Assembly: GCF_009914755.1 (NCBI RefSeq)
Contig: NC_060939.1
Reading direction: 5' to 3' (one strand)
Length of the DNA stretch: 64,000 nucleotides
From: the human T2T-CHM13v2.0 reference genome, Homo sapiens
Shown piece by piece: positions 19,828-34,608 of the stretch. The translations under genes and the position numbers were made by a program. Under the pieces are notes generated by a model. The model saw only the letters and a list, made by a program, of their open reading frames with translations, had not been told where the DNA came from and made no database searches. Positions within the stretch are counted from its first letter, which is position 1; every line of letters starts with the position of its first letter.

Positions 19828-21333
19828 GAGCATTTTTTATGTCTCTTGGCTGACTGTATGTCTTCTTTTGAGAAGTGTCTGTTCATGTCCTTTGCCCACC
19901 TTTTAATGGCTTTATTTGGTTTTTGCTTATTCAATTGTCTAAGTTCCTTATAGATTCTGGATATTAAACCTTTGGATGCATAGTTTGTGAAATACTTTCT
20001 CCCATTCTGTAGGTTATCTGTTCACTCCATTGACAGTTTCTTTTGCTGAGCAGAAGCTCTTTAATTAGGTCCCACTTGTCAGTTTTTGTGTTTATTACAA
20101 TTGCTTTTGAGGACTTAGTCATAAATTCATTGCCAAGGCCATTGTCTAGAATGGTATTCCCTAGGCTTTCTTCTAGGAATTTTATAGTTTAGAGGTCTTA
20201 CCTTTAAATCTTTCATTCATCTTGAGTTAACTTTTGTATATGATGAAATGTAGGGGTCTAATTTATTTCTTCTGCATATGGCTAGCCAGTTATCTCAGCA
20301 CCATTTATTAAATGGGGAGTCCTTTCTTCATTGCTTATTTTTGTCAGCTTTACCAAGGATCAGATGGCTATAGGTGTGCTGCATTATTTCTGGGTTCTCT
20401 GTTCTGTTCCATTGGTCTTACGTGTCTGCTTTTGTACCAGTACCATGCTCTCTTGGTTACTGTAGACTTATAGTATAGTTTGAAATTGGGTAATGTGATG
20501 CCTCCCATTTTGCTCTTTTTGCTTAGGATTGCTTTGGCTCTTCAGGCTCTTTTATGGCTCCATATGCATTTCAGAATAGCTTTTCATAATTTTGTAAAAA
20601 GTGACATTGATAAACAAAGACCATATGATCATCTCAATAGATGCAGAAGAAGTTTTCAATAAAATCCAACATCCCTTCATGATAAAAAACCCTCAACAGA
20701 CTAGAATTGAAGGAACATACCTCAAAATAATAAAAGCCATCTATGGCAGCCCCACAGCCAATACCATAGTTGATGGGCCAAAGCTGGAAGCATTTCCCTG
20801 AAGAACAGGAACAACACAAGGATGTCCACTCTCACCACTCCTATTCAACATATTTTAAGTCCTAGCCAGAGCAATCAGCAAGAGAATAAAAGGCATTCAA
20901 ACAGGAAAATAAGTCAAATTATCTCTCTTCACTGACAATATGATTCTATACCTAGAAAACTCTAAAGACTCTGCCAAAAGGCTCCTAGAACCGATAGACG
21001 ACTTCAGTAAAGTTTCAGGATACAAAATCAATGTACAAAATCAGTAGCATTTCTATACACCGATAACATTGAAGGTGAGAGCCAAATCAAGAATATAATC
21101 CCATTTACAATGGCCACACATACACAAAAATAAGATACCTAGGAATACATTTAAACCAAGGAAGTGAAAGATCTCTACAAGGAGGACTACAAAACATTAC
21201 TGAAATAAATCATATATGATACAAATAAATGAAAAAACATTCCATAGGGGCTCATGGATTGGAAGAATCAATATCATTAAAATGGCTGCCCAAAGTAACC
21301 TGCAGATTCAATGCTATTCCTATTAAGTTACCT
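19828..21333 (-). mobile_element. L1 (L1PA16/L1PB-like) with 5' inversion
   Basis: 19828-20608 is minus-strand ORF2 and 20610-21333 is plus-strand ORF2. The two segments are contiguous on the L1 consensus. Confidence 0.85.
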
Positions 21334-21334
21334 T

Positions 21335-23080
21335 TCATTTTTTCTTCACCTTCTGGGACACTGCAAATTTGAGTATTTTGTCACCTTATGATGTTGCATA
21401 TGTCACATATGCTGTTTTTCAGTTGTAAACAGCATCAGTGGTGTCTGTGATTTCCTCAGTGATTTATAGTAGGGTTGTTAGTGAAGGTTCTGGTGAAGTT
21501 TTGCTGGGGATGGGGACACCTCAAGCCCCAGTAGTGGCAGCAGTGGGCCAAATGTACTTGTTTTTAGGCTCCACAGTGACAAACACTGATACCGGCGTTA
21601 GCAGGTCCAGGTGAGCTGATTCTTGGGCCTACAGGCAGCTTGCTCTGGTGACAGGGGTTGCAACAATGGGCTAGTGAGGAAGGTGGGTTCTGGGGCCATG
21701 GTAAGGGCAATGGCAGTAGCATTGGCAGGAATAACCTCTGGATCCCAAATAGTTCACTCTCATGTTGTTGGTGGTAGCCTTCATGGGCTGGCAGTCTAAT
21801 CCCCAGGCTTGCAGGTGGATGAACCCCCACGGTGATGGCAATGACAGGTTGGGTGGGCTTTCCCTTAAGCCCCCAGAGAGAGTACTCGGGTACCAACAGC
21901 GGTGGACTGGGCTGGGCAGTCCCCAGGCCCCTGGGCAACATGCTTGGTTACTGGGGGTGTGGAGATGAGCTGGGTGGATCTGTCATCAGGCACTCTGGTG
22001 GTATGTGTAGGTGCTAGCTTTGGTAGGCCAGCATGGGGTAATACTCAGGCCTAAGGCAGAATGCTTGGGTGGGCATGGCAGTGGATGCACTGGAGCCCCA
22101 CTACTAGGGAGAATGAGGTTGCTCTCAGCAGCACCCATATGCAGAGGCAGCTGGGAAGCATGCACATTGCTTGTGCTTTGGCCCCAGGTTCAGCGGCCCA
22201 CAGGGGTGGCTGCTGTTGGCAGGGAAGTTCATTCTTGGACGTATGAAGATGTTACAGTGGCCTCACCGCTAGGGGCAGTAGGGTCTTTGACAATGGCTCT
22301 CACTTCATCCCTGGAGGCAGTAGCCAACTCTGGTGCTGGCTGAGGGTGGGGAATGTCAACGGGGTTTGAGTTATGGAAATGCAGAAGCTGTTGGACCCCT
22401 GGGCAGAATGTAGCTCTGGTAGGAGGCAGACTCTGATTGTGGCACCTTTCTGTAGCTGCTCAGGGCTCAGGAGTATGTGAGGCCCAAGCATGGACTCCCT
22501 CTCTGGAACAATACCTTTATATGGTCTCCAAGTAGCTTCTTATGTTAGTTGCAGGGGCTTTCCCGTGGCTAGACGCAGGAGTCCACGGTGGGAATGTGGA
22601 CTGCTGGGGATCACGCACTTCTTTCCCCACACTGGGGAGCCTCTCCAGGCTCCCAGCTGATCGCAGAAGAAAAGGCTACCTCACTTTCCTCTCCTATCTG
22701 GCTTTAGGTCAGGGTGTCCAATCTTTTGGCTTCCCTGGCCACAACGGAAGAAGAAGAACTGTCTTGGGCCACACACAGAATACACTAACAGTAACGAGAG
22801 CTGATGAGCTTTAAAAAAATCACCAAAAAAATCTCATAATGCTTTAAGAAAGTTTGCGAATTTGTGTTGGGCCGCATTCAAAGCCATCCTGGGCCACATG
22901 CGGCCTGCAGGATGTGCACTAGACAAGCTTGCTTTAGGTGTCTCCTGTCACTTCTCGGTTGAATGCCAATATTCTTAGATGATCTGTTCAAAGCGTGATT
23001 ATCTACTCACTATTTTGGTTCTTTGTTGTGGAGGAGGCACACACTAGATGCCTCTAGTCAACCATCCGGAAGCACCTCCC
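21335..23080 (-). mobile_element. GC-rich 5' region of an old L1 (L1M2/L1M3-like)
   Basis: Recalled similarity (ggtgaagttttgctggggatggggac..., tgattatctactcactattttggttc, cctctagtcaaccatc). Interrupted by MER30. Confidence 0.6.
22710..22931. mobile_element. MER30 (hAT) with 8-bp TSD
   Basis: cagggtgtccaatcttttggcttccctgg...gacaagcttg. TSD ctttaggt at 22702-22709 and 22932-22939. Confidence 0.9.
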
Positions 23081-23249
23081 ATTTGATTCACTTTTAGCAT
23101 TCAATTAAATATTTATTTCCAGTTTGACTCTGTATAAACTATAGTATGGGAGGGGGATACAAAGAGGTATATACATAATGAGAATATTCAAGAAACTTAG
23201 TCTGCAGAAGGAAGAAGATGACATAACAGCATAAAAAGATACATAATTC

Positions 23250-23550
23250 CAGCCACGTTCGGTGGCTCACGCCTGTAATCCTAGCACTTTGAGAGGCTGA
23301 GGCGGGTGGATCACTTGAGGTCAGGAGTTCAAGACCAGCCTGGCCAACATGGCAAATCCCTGTCTCTACTAAAAATACAAAAATTAGCTGGGTGTGGTGG
23401 CGCACGCCTGTAATCCCAGCTAATTAGGTGGCTGAAGCATGAGAATCGCTTGAACCTGGGAGGCGGAGGTTGCAATGAGCCAAGATTACACCACTGCACT
23501 CCAGCCTGGATGACAGAGAGAGATTCTGTCTCAAACAAACAAACAAAAAA
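23250..23550 (+). mobile_element. AluSx-like
   Basis: Dimeric, TSD acataattc. Confidence 0.95.
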
Positions 23551-26500
23551 CATAATTCTATGGGGCAGAGTAAGTGACAGGTAAGTAATGTGATATGTTC
23601 ACTTCCAGCTGTTTCCTGAAGGAAATGGAATGTGTACGCTCTTAAAAGTCAGGTGGTCTCCAAATACAAAGGAAATGGCATTATTACCAGAGAAAATTGA
23701 GTAAACAATGCTGAACGTAGGAAAAATACAAGTTATGCTTAGAACATTGTGGAGACCCATTTGGTCAGAGCAAAAGATTAAAATGTGAGAATAGCAAGAG
23801 ATAAGGTTGAAAGAATCCTTTCAAATATACTGTCACAATTATAATCTGATGATTTGGTTTTCAGATGCTTGTCTACTTTGGTAAGATTAAAAATTTCATT
23901 GGTGTAGTGTTGTACACTGCATTTGTTCATTATTAATCTCAATATCATCTTGGTTATACTCCCTCTCAGTCATAATGTGGGATATATGTATGCTCCATTT
24001 TATTTTTTATTAGCTGTTTTGCTAACAAATCTTCTTGTTTTATTAAAAAAAGAGGCTATTTTACAAATCTTCTCAGAAATTAAACCTCTATTTTTTTTAT
24101 CTTTATAAAAAATAGTATATTGTAAGTGTCACCTGTGTATTTGTTAAATAAAACTAAGTAAATCCATGAATCTTTTTTTCCATGGGGGTGCACCTATCAA
24201 TCCATCACCTAGGTATTAAGCCCAGCATGCGTTAGCTATTTTTCCTAATGCTCTCCCACCCCGAACCACACCCCCTGACAGGCCCCATTGTGTGTTGTTC
24301 CCCTCCCTGTGTCCATGTGTTCTCATTGTTCAGCTCCCACTTGTAACTGAGAGCATGTGGTATTTGGTTTTCTGTTCCTGTGTTAGTTTGCTGAGGATAA
24401 TAGCTTCCAGGTCCATTCATGTCCCTACAAAGAACAGGATCTCATTCCTTTTTATGGCTGCATAGTATTCCATGGTGTATATGTCCCACATTTTCTTTAT
24501 CCAGTTTATCGTTGATGGGCATTTGGGTTGATTCCATGTCTTTTTTATTGTGAATAGTGCTGTAATGAACATACGCACACATGTACCTTTGTAACAATGA
24601 TTTTTATTCCTTTGGGTATATACCTAGTAATGAGATTGCTGGGTAAAATGGTATTTCTGGTTCTAGATCTTTAAGGAATCACCACAGTCTTTCACAATGG
24701 TTGAACTAATTTACATTCCCACCAACAGTGTAAAAGCACTCCTATTTCTCCACAACCTCACTAGCCTCTGTTGTTTCTTGACTTTTTAATAATCGCCATT
24801 CTGACCGGCATGAGATGGTATCTCATTGTGGTTTTGATTTACATTTCTCTAATGATCAGTGATGTTGAGCTTTTCTTCATATGTTTGTTGGCCGCATGAA
24901 TGTCTTCTTTTGAGAAGTGTCTGTTCATGTCCTTGGCCCACTTTTTAATGGGGTTTTCTTTCTTGTAAGTTTAAGTTCCTTTTAGATTCTGGATATTAGG
25001 CCTTAATTAGATGCATAGATTGCAAAAATTTTCTCCCATTCTGTAGGTTGCCTGTTTGCTCTGATAGTTTCTTTTGCTGTGCAGAGGCTCTTTCGTTTAA
25101 TTAGATCTCATTTGTCAACTTTTTCTTCTGTTGCAATTGCTTTTGGCAATTTCATCATGAAATCTTTGCCCGTGCCTATGTCCCTAATGGTACTACTGAG
25201 GTTGTCTTCCAGTTTTTATAGTTTTGGGTTTTACATTTAAGTCTTTAATCCATCTTGATTTAACTTTTGTATGTGGTATAAGGAAAAGGTCCAGTTTCAA
25301 TCTTCTGCATATGGCTAGCCAGTTATTCCATCACTATTCATTGAATAGGGAATCCTTTCCCCATTGCTTTTGTCAGGCTTGTCAAAGATCAGATAGTTGT
25401 AGGTGTGTGGCCTTATTTCTGGGCTCTGTATTCTGTTCCATTGGTCTAGGTGCCTGTTTATGTACCAGTACCACGCTATTTTGGTTACTGTAGCCCTATA
25501 ATATAGTTTGAAGTTGGGTAGCGCGATGTCTCCAGCTTTGTTCTTTTAGCTTATGATTGTCTTGGCTATACAAGCTCTTTTTTGGATCCATATGAATTTT
25601 AAAATAGTTTATTCTAATTCTGTGAAGAATGTCAATGATAGTTTAATGGGAATAGCTTTGAAACTATAAATTATTTTGGGCACTATGGCCATTTGAACAA
25701 TACTGGTTCTTCCTATCTGTGAGCATTCAATGTTTTTCCATTTGTTTGTGTCTGCTCTGATTTCTTTGGGCAGTGGTTTGTAATTCTCCTTGAAGAGGTC
25801 CTTCACTTCCCTTGTTAGCTGTATTCCTAGTATTTTATTCTCTTTGGAGAACTTGTGAATTGCAGTTCATCCATGATTTGGCTCTCTGCCTAATGTTGGT
25901 GTATAGGAACGCTTGTAACTTTTGCACATTGATTTTGTATCGCGAGACTTTGCTTATCAGCTTAAGAAGCTTTTGGGCTGAGACAATGGGGTTTTCTAGA
26001 TATAGGATCATGTCATCTGCGAACAAAGACACTTTGACTTCCTCTCTTCCTATTTGAATACACTTTATTTTTTTCTCTTGCCTGACGGCCCTGGCCAGAA
26101 CTTCTAAAACTATGTTGAATAGGAGTGGTGAGAGAAGCCATCCTTGTCTTGGGCCAGTTTTTGAGGGGAATGCTTCCAGCTTTTGCCCATTCAGTATGAT
26201 ATTGGCTGTGGGTTTGTCATAAATGGCTCTTATTATTATTGAAGTATGTTCCTTCAATACCGAGTTTATTGAGAGTTTTTGACATGAAGGGATATTGAAT
26301 TTTATCAACGGCCTTTTCTGTGTCTATTGAGATAATCATGTGGTTTTTGTCTTTAGATCTGTTTATGTGATGAATTATGTTTACTGATTTGCATATGTTG
26401 AAGCAGCCTTGCATCCCAGGGATGAAGCCAACTTGATTGTGGTGGATAAGCTTTTTCATGTGCTGCTGTATTCAGTTTGCCAGTATTTATTGAGAATCAT

Positions 26501-29005
26501 TGCATTGATGTTCATCAGGGATATTAGCTGAAGTTTTCTTTTTTTGTTGTATCTGCGCCAGGTTTTGGTATCAGGATGGTGCTGGCCTCATAGAATGAGT
26601 TAGGGAGAAGTCCCTCCCTTTCAATTTTTTGGAATAGTTTCAATAGGAATAGTACCAGCTCTTCTTTGAACTTCTGGTAGAATTCAGCTATAAATCCATC
26701 TGGTCTTGGGCTTTTCTTTTGGTTGGTAGGCTATTTATCACCTGCCTCAATTTCAGAACTTGTTATTCGTCTATTCAGGGATTCAACTTCTTCCTAGTTC
26801 AGTCTTGGGAGGGTGTTTATGTCCAGGAATTTATCCATTTCTTCTAGATATTCTAGTTTACTTGCATAGAGGTATTTATAGTATTCTCTGATGGTGGGGT
26901 CTATACAGTATATAGTACTGTGGAAACACAGTATTCTCTATTTCTGTGGGGTCATTGGTGATATCCCATTTATTATTTTTTATTGTGTCTACTTGATTCT
27001 TCTCTATTTTCTTCTTTATTAGTCTAGCTAGCTGTCTATCTACTTTATCCATTTTTTCAAAAAACCAGCCCCTGGATTCACTGAGTTTTTGAAGGATTTT
27101 TCACATCTCTATCTCCTTCAGTTCTGCTCTGAGCTTGGTTATTTCTTTTCTTCTCCTAGCTTTGGGGTTTGTTTGCTCTTGGTTCTCTAGTTCTTTTAGT
27201 TGTAATGTTAAGGTGCTGATTTGAGATCTTTCTAGGTTTTTGATGTGGGTATTTAGCGCTATAAATTTGCCTCTTAACATTGCTTTAGCTGTGTCCCAGA
27301 GATTCTGGCACGTTGTCTCTTTGTTCTCATTGGTTTCAAATAATTTCTTAACTTCTGCCTTAATTTCATTATTTACCCAAGAGTCATTCAGGAGTAGGTT
27401 GTTAAATTTCCATGTAGTTGTGTGGTTTTGCGTGGGTTTCTTAATCTTGAGTTCTAATTTGATTGCGCTGTGGTCTGAGAGACCGTTATTATTTCAGTTC
27501 TTCTGCATTTGCTGAGGAGTGATTTATTTCCAATTATGTGATCAATTTTAGAGTAAGTGCAATGAAGCACCAAGAAGAATGTATATTCTGTTGTTTTGGG
27601 GTAGAGAATTCTGTGGATATCTATCAGGTCCACTTGATCCAGAGCTGAGTTCAAGTCCTGAACATTTTTATTAATTTTCTGTCTTGATGATCTGTCTGAT
27701 ATTGACAGTGGAGTGTTAAAGTCTCCCACTGCTATTGTGTGGGAGTCTAAGTCTCTCTGTAGGTCTCTAAGAACTTGTTTTATGAATCTGGGTACTCCTA
27801 TACTGGGTGTATAGATATTTAGGACAGTTAGGTCTTCTTGTTGAATTGACTCATTTATCATTATGTAATGCCCTTGTCTTTTTTTATTTTTATTGGTTTA
27901 AAGTCTGTTTTGTCAGAAACTAAGATTGCAACCCCTGCTTTTTTGTTTTCCATTTGCTTGGTAAATTTTCCTCCATTCTTTTATTTTTGGTCTATGTGTG
28001 TCTTTGCATGTGAGATGGAGCTTTTGAATGCAGCACACTGATGGATCTTGACTCTTTATCCAGCTCGCCGTTCTGTGTCTTTTAATTTGGGCATTCAGCC
28101 CATTTACACTTAAGGTTAATATTGTTATGTGTGGATTTGATCCTGTCATCACAATGCTTACTGGCTATTTTGCAGACTTCTTTATGTAGTTGCTTCATAA
28201 TGTCACTGGTCTGTGTATGTCAGCGTGTTTTTGTAGTGGCTGGTAACGTTCTTTCCTTTTCATATTTAGTGCTTCCTTCAGGAGCTCTTGCAAGGCAGGC
28301 CTGGTGGTGACAAATTCCCTCAGCATTTGCTTGTATGAAAAAGATTTTACTTCTCCTTCACTAATGAAGTTTAGTTTGGCCGGATATGAAATTTTAGGTT
28401 GGATTTTCTTTAAGAATGATGAATACTGACCCCCAATCTTTTCTGGCTTGTAGGGTTTCTGCTGAGATGTCTGCTGTTAGTCTGATGGGCTTCCCTTTAC
28501 AGGTGACTTGGCCTTTCTCTCTGGCTGCCCTTAACATATTTTCCTTTACTCTGACCTTGGAGAATGTGAAGATTATACGTCTTGGGGTTGATCTTCTTGA
28601 GAAGTATCTTACTGGGGTTCTTTGGTTGTCATGAATGTGAATATTGGCCTGTCTTGCTAGGTTGGAGAAGTTCTCCAGGATGATATCCTAAAGTGTGTTT
28701 TCCAACTTGGTTCCATTCTCCCCATCTCTTTCAGTTACCCCTATCAGTCACAGGTTTGGCCTTTTAACAGTCCCATAGTTCTCAGAGGTTTTGTTCGTTC
28801 CTTTTCTTTCTTTTTTCTCTAATCTTGTCTGCCTGCCTTATTTCAGGAAGACAGTCTTCAAGTTCTGATATCCTTTCTTCCCCTTGATCTATTTGGCGAC
28901 TGATACTTGTGTTTGCATTGTGACGTTCTCGTGTTGTGTTTTTCAGCTCCATCAGGTCATTTACATTCCTCTCTAACTGGTTATTCTGGGTAACAGCTCC
29001 GGTAA

Positions 29006-29310
<305 letters not shown>

Positions 29311-29587
29311 CAGCTCCTGTAATGTTTTATCATGATTCTTAGCTTCTTTGCAATGAGTCAGAACATACTCCTTTAGCTCAGCAAAGTTCATTATTACCCA
29401 TCTTCTGAAGCCTACTTCTGTCAATTCATCCGTCTCAGCTTCAGCCCAGTTCTGTGCCCTTGCTGGAGACGTGTTGTGATCATTTGGAGGAGAAGAGGCC
29501 CTCTGGCTTTCTGAGTTTTCAGCATTTTTGCATTGATTCTTTCTCATCTTCATGGATTTATTTCCTTTGATCTCTGAGGCTGCTGAC

Positions 29588-29897
29588 TTTTTTTTTTTTT
29601 TTTTTTTTTGAGACGGAATCTTGCTCTGTCACCCAGGCTGGAGTGCAGTGGCACAATCTCAGCTCACTGCAGCCTCCACACCTCCCAGGTTCCAGCAATT
29701 CTCCTGCCTCAGCCTCCTGGTTAGCTGGGATTACAGGCATGCACCACCACACCCGGCTCAATTTTGTATTTTTAATAGAGACAGGGTTTCACCATATTGG
29801 CCAGGCTGGTCTCGAACTCCTGACCGCAGGTGATCCGCCTGCCTCGGCCTCCCAAAGTGCTGGCTGGGATTATAGGTGTAAGCCACCGTGCCCAGCC
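29588..29897 (-). mobile_element. AluS (Sp/Sq-like) in L1 5'UTR
   Basis: Long T-tail, TSD gctgctgac. Confidence 0.9.
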
Positions 29898-31258
29898 TGC
29901 TGCTGACCTTTAAATGGGGTTTTTGTGGGGTCTTTTTCATTGATGTTGTTGTTGCTCTTGCTTTCTATTTGTCTTTTCACAGTCAGGTCCCTCTTCTGTA
30001 GGGCTGCTGCCATTTGCTGGGGATCTACTCCAGACGCTATTTCCCTGGGTCCTTCCCACTCCTGGAATTATCACCAGTGGACGCTGCCGAACAACAAAGA
30101 TGGCAGCCTGCTCCTTCCTCTGGGAGCTCTGACCCAGAGGGGCACCAACCTGATGCCAGCTGGAACACTCCTGTATGAGGTGTCTGGCGAACTCTATTGG
30201 GACATCTCACTCAGTCAGGAGGAACGGGATCAGGGTCTTGCTTAAATAAGCAGTCTGGCTGCCCCTTGGCAGAGCAGGTGTGCTACATTAGGGGGAATCC
30301 CCCTCATCCGGGCTGCCCTGACTCACCAGAGCCAGCAGGCAGAAAACATTAAGACTGCTGATCCACCATACTGCAGGCACCCCTCCTCCTAGGGGCTCCT
30401 CTCAGGGATATCAGAGTTCTGTCCATAAACACCTGGCTGGGGATGCTGCAATTCCCACAGGGAGGCCTTGCCTGGTGAGGAGGAGTGGATTGGGGTCCTG
30501 CTTAAAGAAGCAGTCTGGCCACAAACTATCCCAGCCACTGTGCTGCACTGTGGGGAATTGCTCCCTGTCCAAAATGCCCAGTCTTACTGGCACCTGCAGC
30601 AGGGGAAAACAGCTGACTGGAGCCACAGTGATGGTGGTCACCCCTCTCCGCCCGGAACTTGGTCTTTAGGGCAGTCTCCAGCCTGCTGAACTGGTGGGTA
30701 TTCCAAGCCAGTCATTTTAGCTTATAGGGAGTTGGGGCCCACTGAGGGCGGCCACTTTGGTCCCTGGCTTCAGCCCCCTTCCCATGGAGTGGATGGATCT
30801 CCTGCCTCACTTGAGTTCCCAGAGCCACAGTATGCAAAAACTCCCGTGTCTCAGTGCCTACTCGAGCAGCCGCCCACCTGAGCAGCTGCCATGATTCTGC
30901 ACAGCTCTGTGCTTGGCACCCAAGGCCCTGGTGGCGTGGGCTCATGAGGGGACCTCCTTATCCACAGGTTACAAGGATCTGTGGGAAAAGCATGGTTTTC
31001 AGGGAGGAGTAGCATAGTCCCTCACTGCCTCCCTTGCCTGGGGGAGGGAGCTCCCTTTGCCCTATGCAGCTCCCAGGTAGACCCTCACTCCACCCTGCTT
31101 TTCCCCACTCTCCATGGGTCATGCCAACTGCCTCGTCAGTCCCAATGAGAGAATCTTGGTACTTCAATTGAAGATGCAGAATTCTTGCCATTTTCATCCT
31201 TCTTGGTGGGAGCTGCAGAGTGGAGCTGTTTCTATTCAGCCATCTTGGCTGCCCCCTT

Positions 31259-33720
31259 CTATATAAATTTTAGCATTAGCTTGTTCATTTCTACAAAAGA
31301 GGCTATTGGAATTTTGACAGGGATTACACTGAAGCTGTATACCAATTTTGGGAGTATCACCATCTCAAAAATATTAAGTCTTCTAAAGCATGAAACACAG
31401 AATGTCTTTCAATTTTTCAGGTCTTCTTTAAATTCTCTTAATAACGTTTGTAGTTTCCAACATACAAGTCTTACACCACTCTGGTTAAATGTATTATTAA
31501 TTACTTTATTCTTTTAGATGCCATTGCCAAATGTAATTGCTTTCTTAATTTCATTTTTGGATTGCTCATTGTTTGTATATAGAAATATGACCTATTTTTG
31601 TATGTTGATCTTGTTTCTTGAAACTTTGCCAAATTCCTTTATTAGCACAGTAAAATTGGGTGTGGGTATTTGTGTGTGTGTGTGTGTGTGTATTATTTAT
31701 GATACTGTAAGTACAGTAAGTCCTCAATGTAGTAGATAGGTTCTTGAAACTGCAATTTTAACAAGGTATAGCAAAACTAATTTTAACATAGGCTAATTAA
31801 TATTAACAAGAATAAGGTTGCTATGGTATGTTTCTGGTCACAAAATCATCACCAAACTTCTAAATAAAGACTGAAACGTTTCTAATATTAAACACTGAAA
31901 TAAATCTGAGCTCTATATACATTTAAGAAAAATTAATGAAAACAAGGTAATTATTTACCCAATTATTCCAGTTCAGGGTCTCTGGAGCCTATCAAAGTCT
32001 ATAGGCCAGAACCTATCCCAGCAGCTCAGGGTACAAGCCATAACCAATCCTAGACAGGACATCACTTCATCATGGGGTGCACTCAAATACATATCTACAT
32101 TCACTCATACTGGTATAATTTAGACATGCCAATTAACCTAATGTGCACATCTTTGAGATGTGGGAGGAAACCAGAGTACAGGGAAAAAACCCATGCAGAC
32201 ACAGGGAGAATGTGGAAATTCAACATAGACAGTGGCCCTGGCCAGGAATTGATTTTTTTTTCCTCATGAATGTTATAATGAAACAACATTATTTGAGGAC
32301 GTGCTGTTTTAAGACGTCATCTTAAAATAGAAATAGTTTCATATCTTCCTTGCCAATTTGGATACTTCTTACTAGTTTTTCTTGCCTATGTGCCACTAGA
32401 AATTCTATTACAACAAGGCGAGAAGTGGCAAGAGTGGACTTTCATGTCTTCTTCCTGATCTTAGGGGGAAAGCTTTCATTCTTTTGCCACTGAGTATGGC
32501 TGTCAGCTGTGAGATTTTCCTAATTATCCTTTACCAGATTAAGAAAGTTGCCTTCTAGTCCTAGTTTGTTGGGTGTGTTTATCACAAAAGGTCGGATTTT
32601 GTTAAATACTTTTTCTGCATGAACTGAGTTGATCATGGTTTATGTTCCCCTTCATTCTATTAATATGGTATATTATATTGTGTGACTTTTTTCTATGTCA
32701 ACTACCCCTGAATTCTTGGAATAAATCCCATTTGGTGATGATATATAATCTTTAAATATGCTGCTGCATTCCTAAAATATTTTCTTGAGGAATACTGCAT
32801 CTATATTCATAAGGGACATTGGTCTGAAGATTTTATTTCTTGTGTTGTCTTTATGTGGCATTAGTAGCAGTGTTATGCTGATTTTGTAAAATGAGTTAGG
32901 GCAGGTCTACTAGTGACAAACAATTCAGTTACTGTTTATCAGGGAATGTAGTAATTTCTCCTTCTTTTGTGAAGGAAAGCTTTGCCAAATATAGAATTCT
33001 TGGTTAACAGGGCTGAAAAAAATTCTTTCAGCACACTGAGTGTGTCATCTCATTGCCAAGTGGCCTCCATCATCTCCAGTGAGAAATCAGCAGTTAACCA
33101 TACTAAGGATCCCTTATATGTGAAGCTTTACTTCTCTTTTGCTTTCACAAAGCCCTTATTCCCTAGAGATCTCTATTTCTGGCCTTTCTCTCTAAGCTTT
33201 TTGGTTAGTCTACTGTTGACCCCAACTGTTCTCCCTTTCCCTGGGAAATAGTGACTAAGTACATTTACCTTTAAATTAAAAAAAAAAAAAAATCTCTCAG
33301 GTGGCCTCCTCAGCCCTAGGAGAATTCTGAGTTAGGTAAAAATAAAAACAAATCACCTGACCCAGTCCTTCAGGGAGCCATCAGACAGGGCAAAACAGAC
33401 AATTACAATTCTTTGAGAATATGGTCTGTTATGTTGCCTCTAAAAGTAGATATCTGTACCAGGAATACAGGCTGTTGTCTTCAAGGCTGCTGTTGAGGTG
33501 GAGAGTAAGGTATGAGACCAAGATAAGTTAAAATGCCACAAAACTCTCCTACTGATATTCAGTTAAATTTACTTGATTAAGCATTTTCTTGATTTCAGTG
33601 GCCTTTTGATTACTTTCCAGAGTTCCAAAAAAATTGGTTCTCACAGTTTTTGCCAATTAACTATATTGTGGAGGTACGAACTTTGGTGGTTCCCTACCAT
33701 ACCATTTTAACTGACATAAT
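31259..33720 (-). mobile_element. Fragmented old L1 (L1MB/MC ORF2, ORF1 and 5' pieces), interrupted by MER82
   Basis: ggaattttgacagggattacactgaa..., cctgatcttagggggaaagc, gcaggtctactagtgacaaa. Confidence 0.7.
31714..32306 (-). mobile_element. MER82 (TcMar-Tigger)
   Basis: Termini cagtaagtcctc...gaggacgtgctg. Internal tgggaggaaaccagagtac...aaaacccatgcagac. Confidence 0.8.
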
Positions 33721-33799
33721 TTAGGATTTCTGTTTTTTTCCATGAGAAATCTTTATAATTATAAGGAAAGATAACTTTAGCATTATTCCTGCCATTTTA

Positions 33800-34541
33800 T
33801 TTTAAAAAAAAACAGCTTTGAGATAAAATTCATACACTATATAATCCATCCATTTAAAATGTATAATATAATGTTTTTGAGTATATACATAAGGCTATGC
33901 AGCCACCACCACCACCACCACCACCTAACTTTAGAACATTTTTCTCCTCCTGAATAAAACCCTGTAGCCATTTACAGTCAATCCTGACTCCATTCCTTCT
34001 GATCCCATCTCTACACACCACTAATCTACTACCTCTATAAAATTTTTGTTTGAATATGTCTTCAATTCTTGAGGGTATATATCTAAGAGCAGAATTACTG
34101 GATCATATAGAAATCCTATGTTTAACTTTTTGAGGAACTGCCAAACTGTTTTCCCAAGCAGATGCACCACTTTACATTCCTACTATCAAAATATAAAGGT
34201 TCCAATTTCTCTACATTCTTGTTACCGTCTTTTTAAATATACTCATCCAGCTGGGTGCAGTGGCTCACCACCTGTAACACTTTGGGCAGCCAAGAAGGGA
34301 GGATCAGGAGTTTGAGACCAGCCTGGGCAAAACAGTGAGACCCCCCCATCTCTACACACAAAATTTTTTTTTTAATTAGCCAGGTATGGTGGTGCGTGCC
34401 TGTAGTCCTAGCTTCTTGGGAGGCTGAGGCAGGAGGATTGCTTAAGCCAAGTTGTTCAAGATTACAGTGAACTATGATGGCAACACTGCATACCAGCCTG
34501 GCTAACAGAGTGAAACCCTATCTCTACAATATATATGTGAT

Positions 34542-34608
<67 letters not shown>

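Noticed and set aside
21400-22700. GC-rich region with many overlapping ORFs as a CpG-island promoter or exon cluster
   Set aside because: CpG-depleted, resembles an old L1M 5' region, and the ORFs have no coherent protein features or splice pattern.
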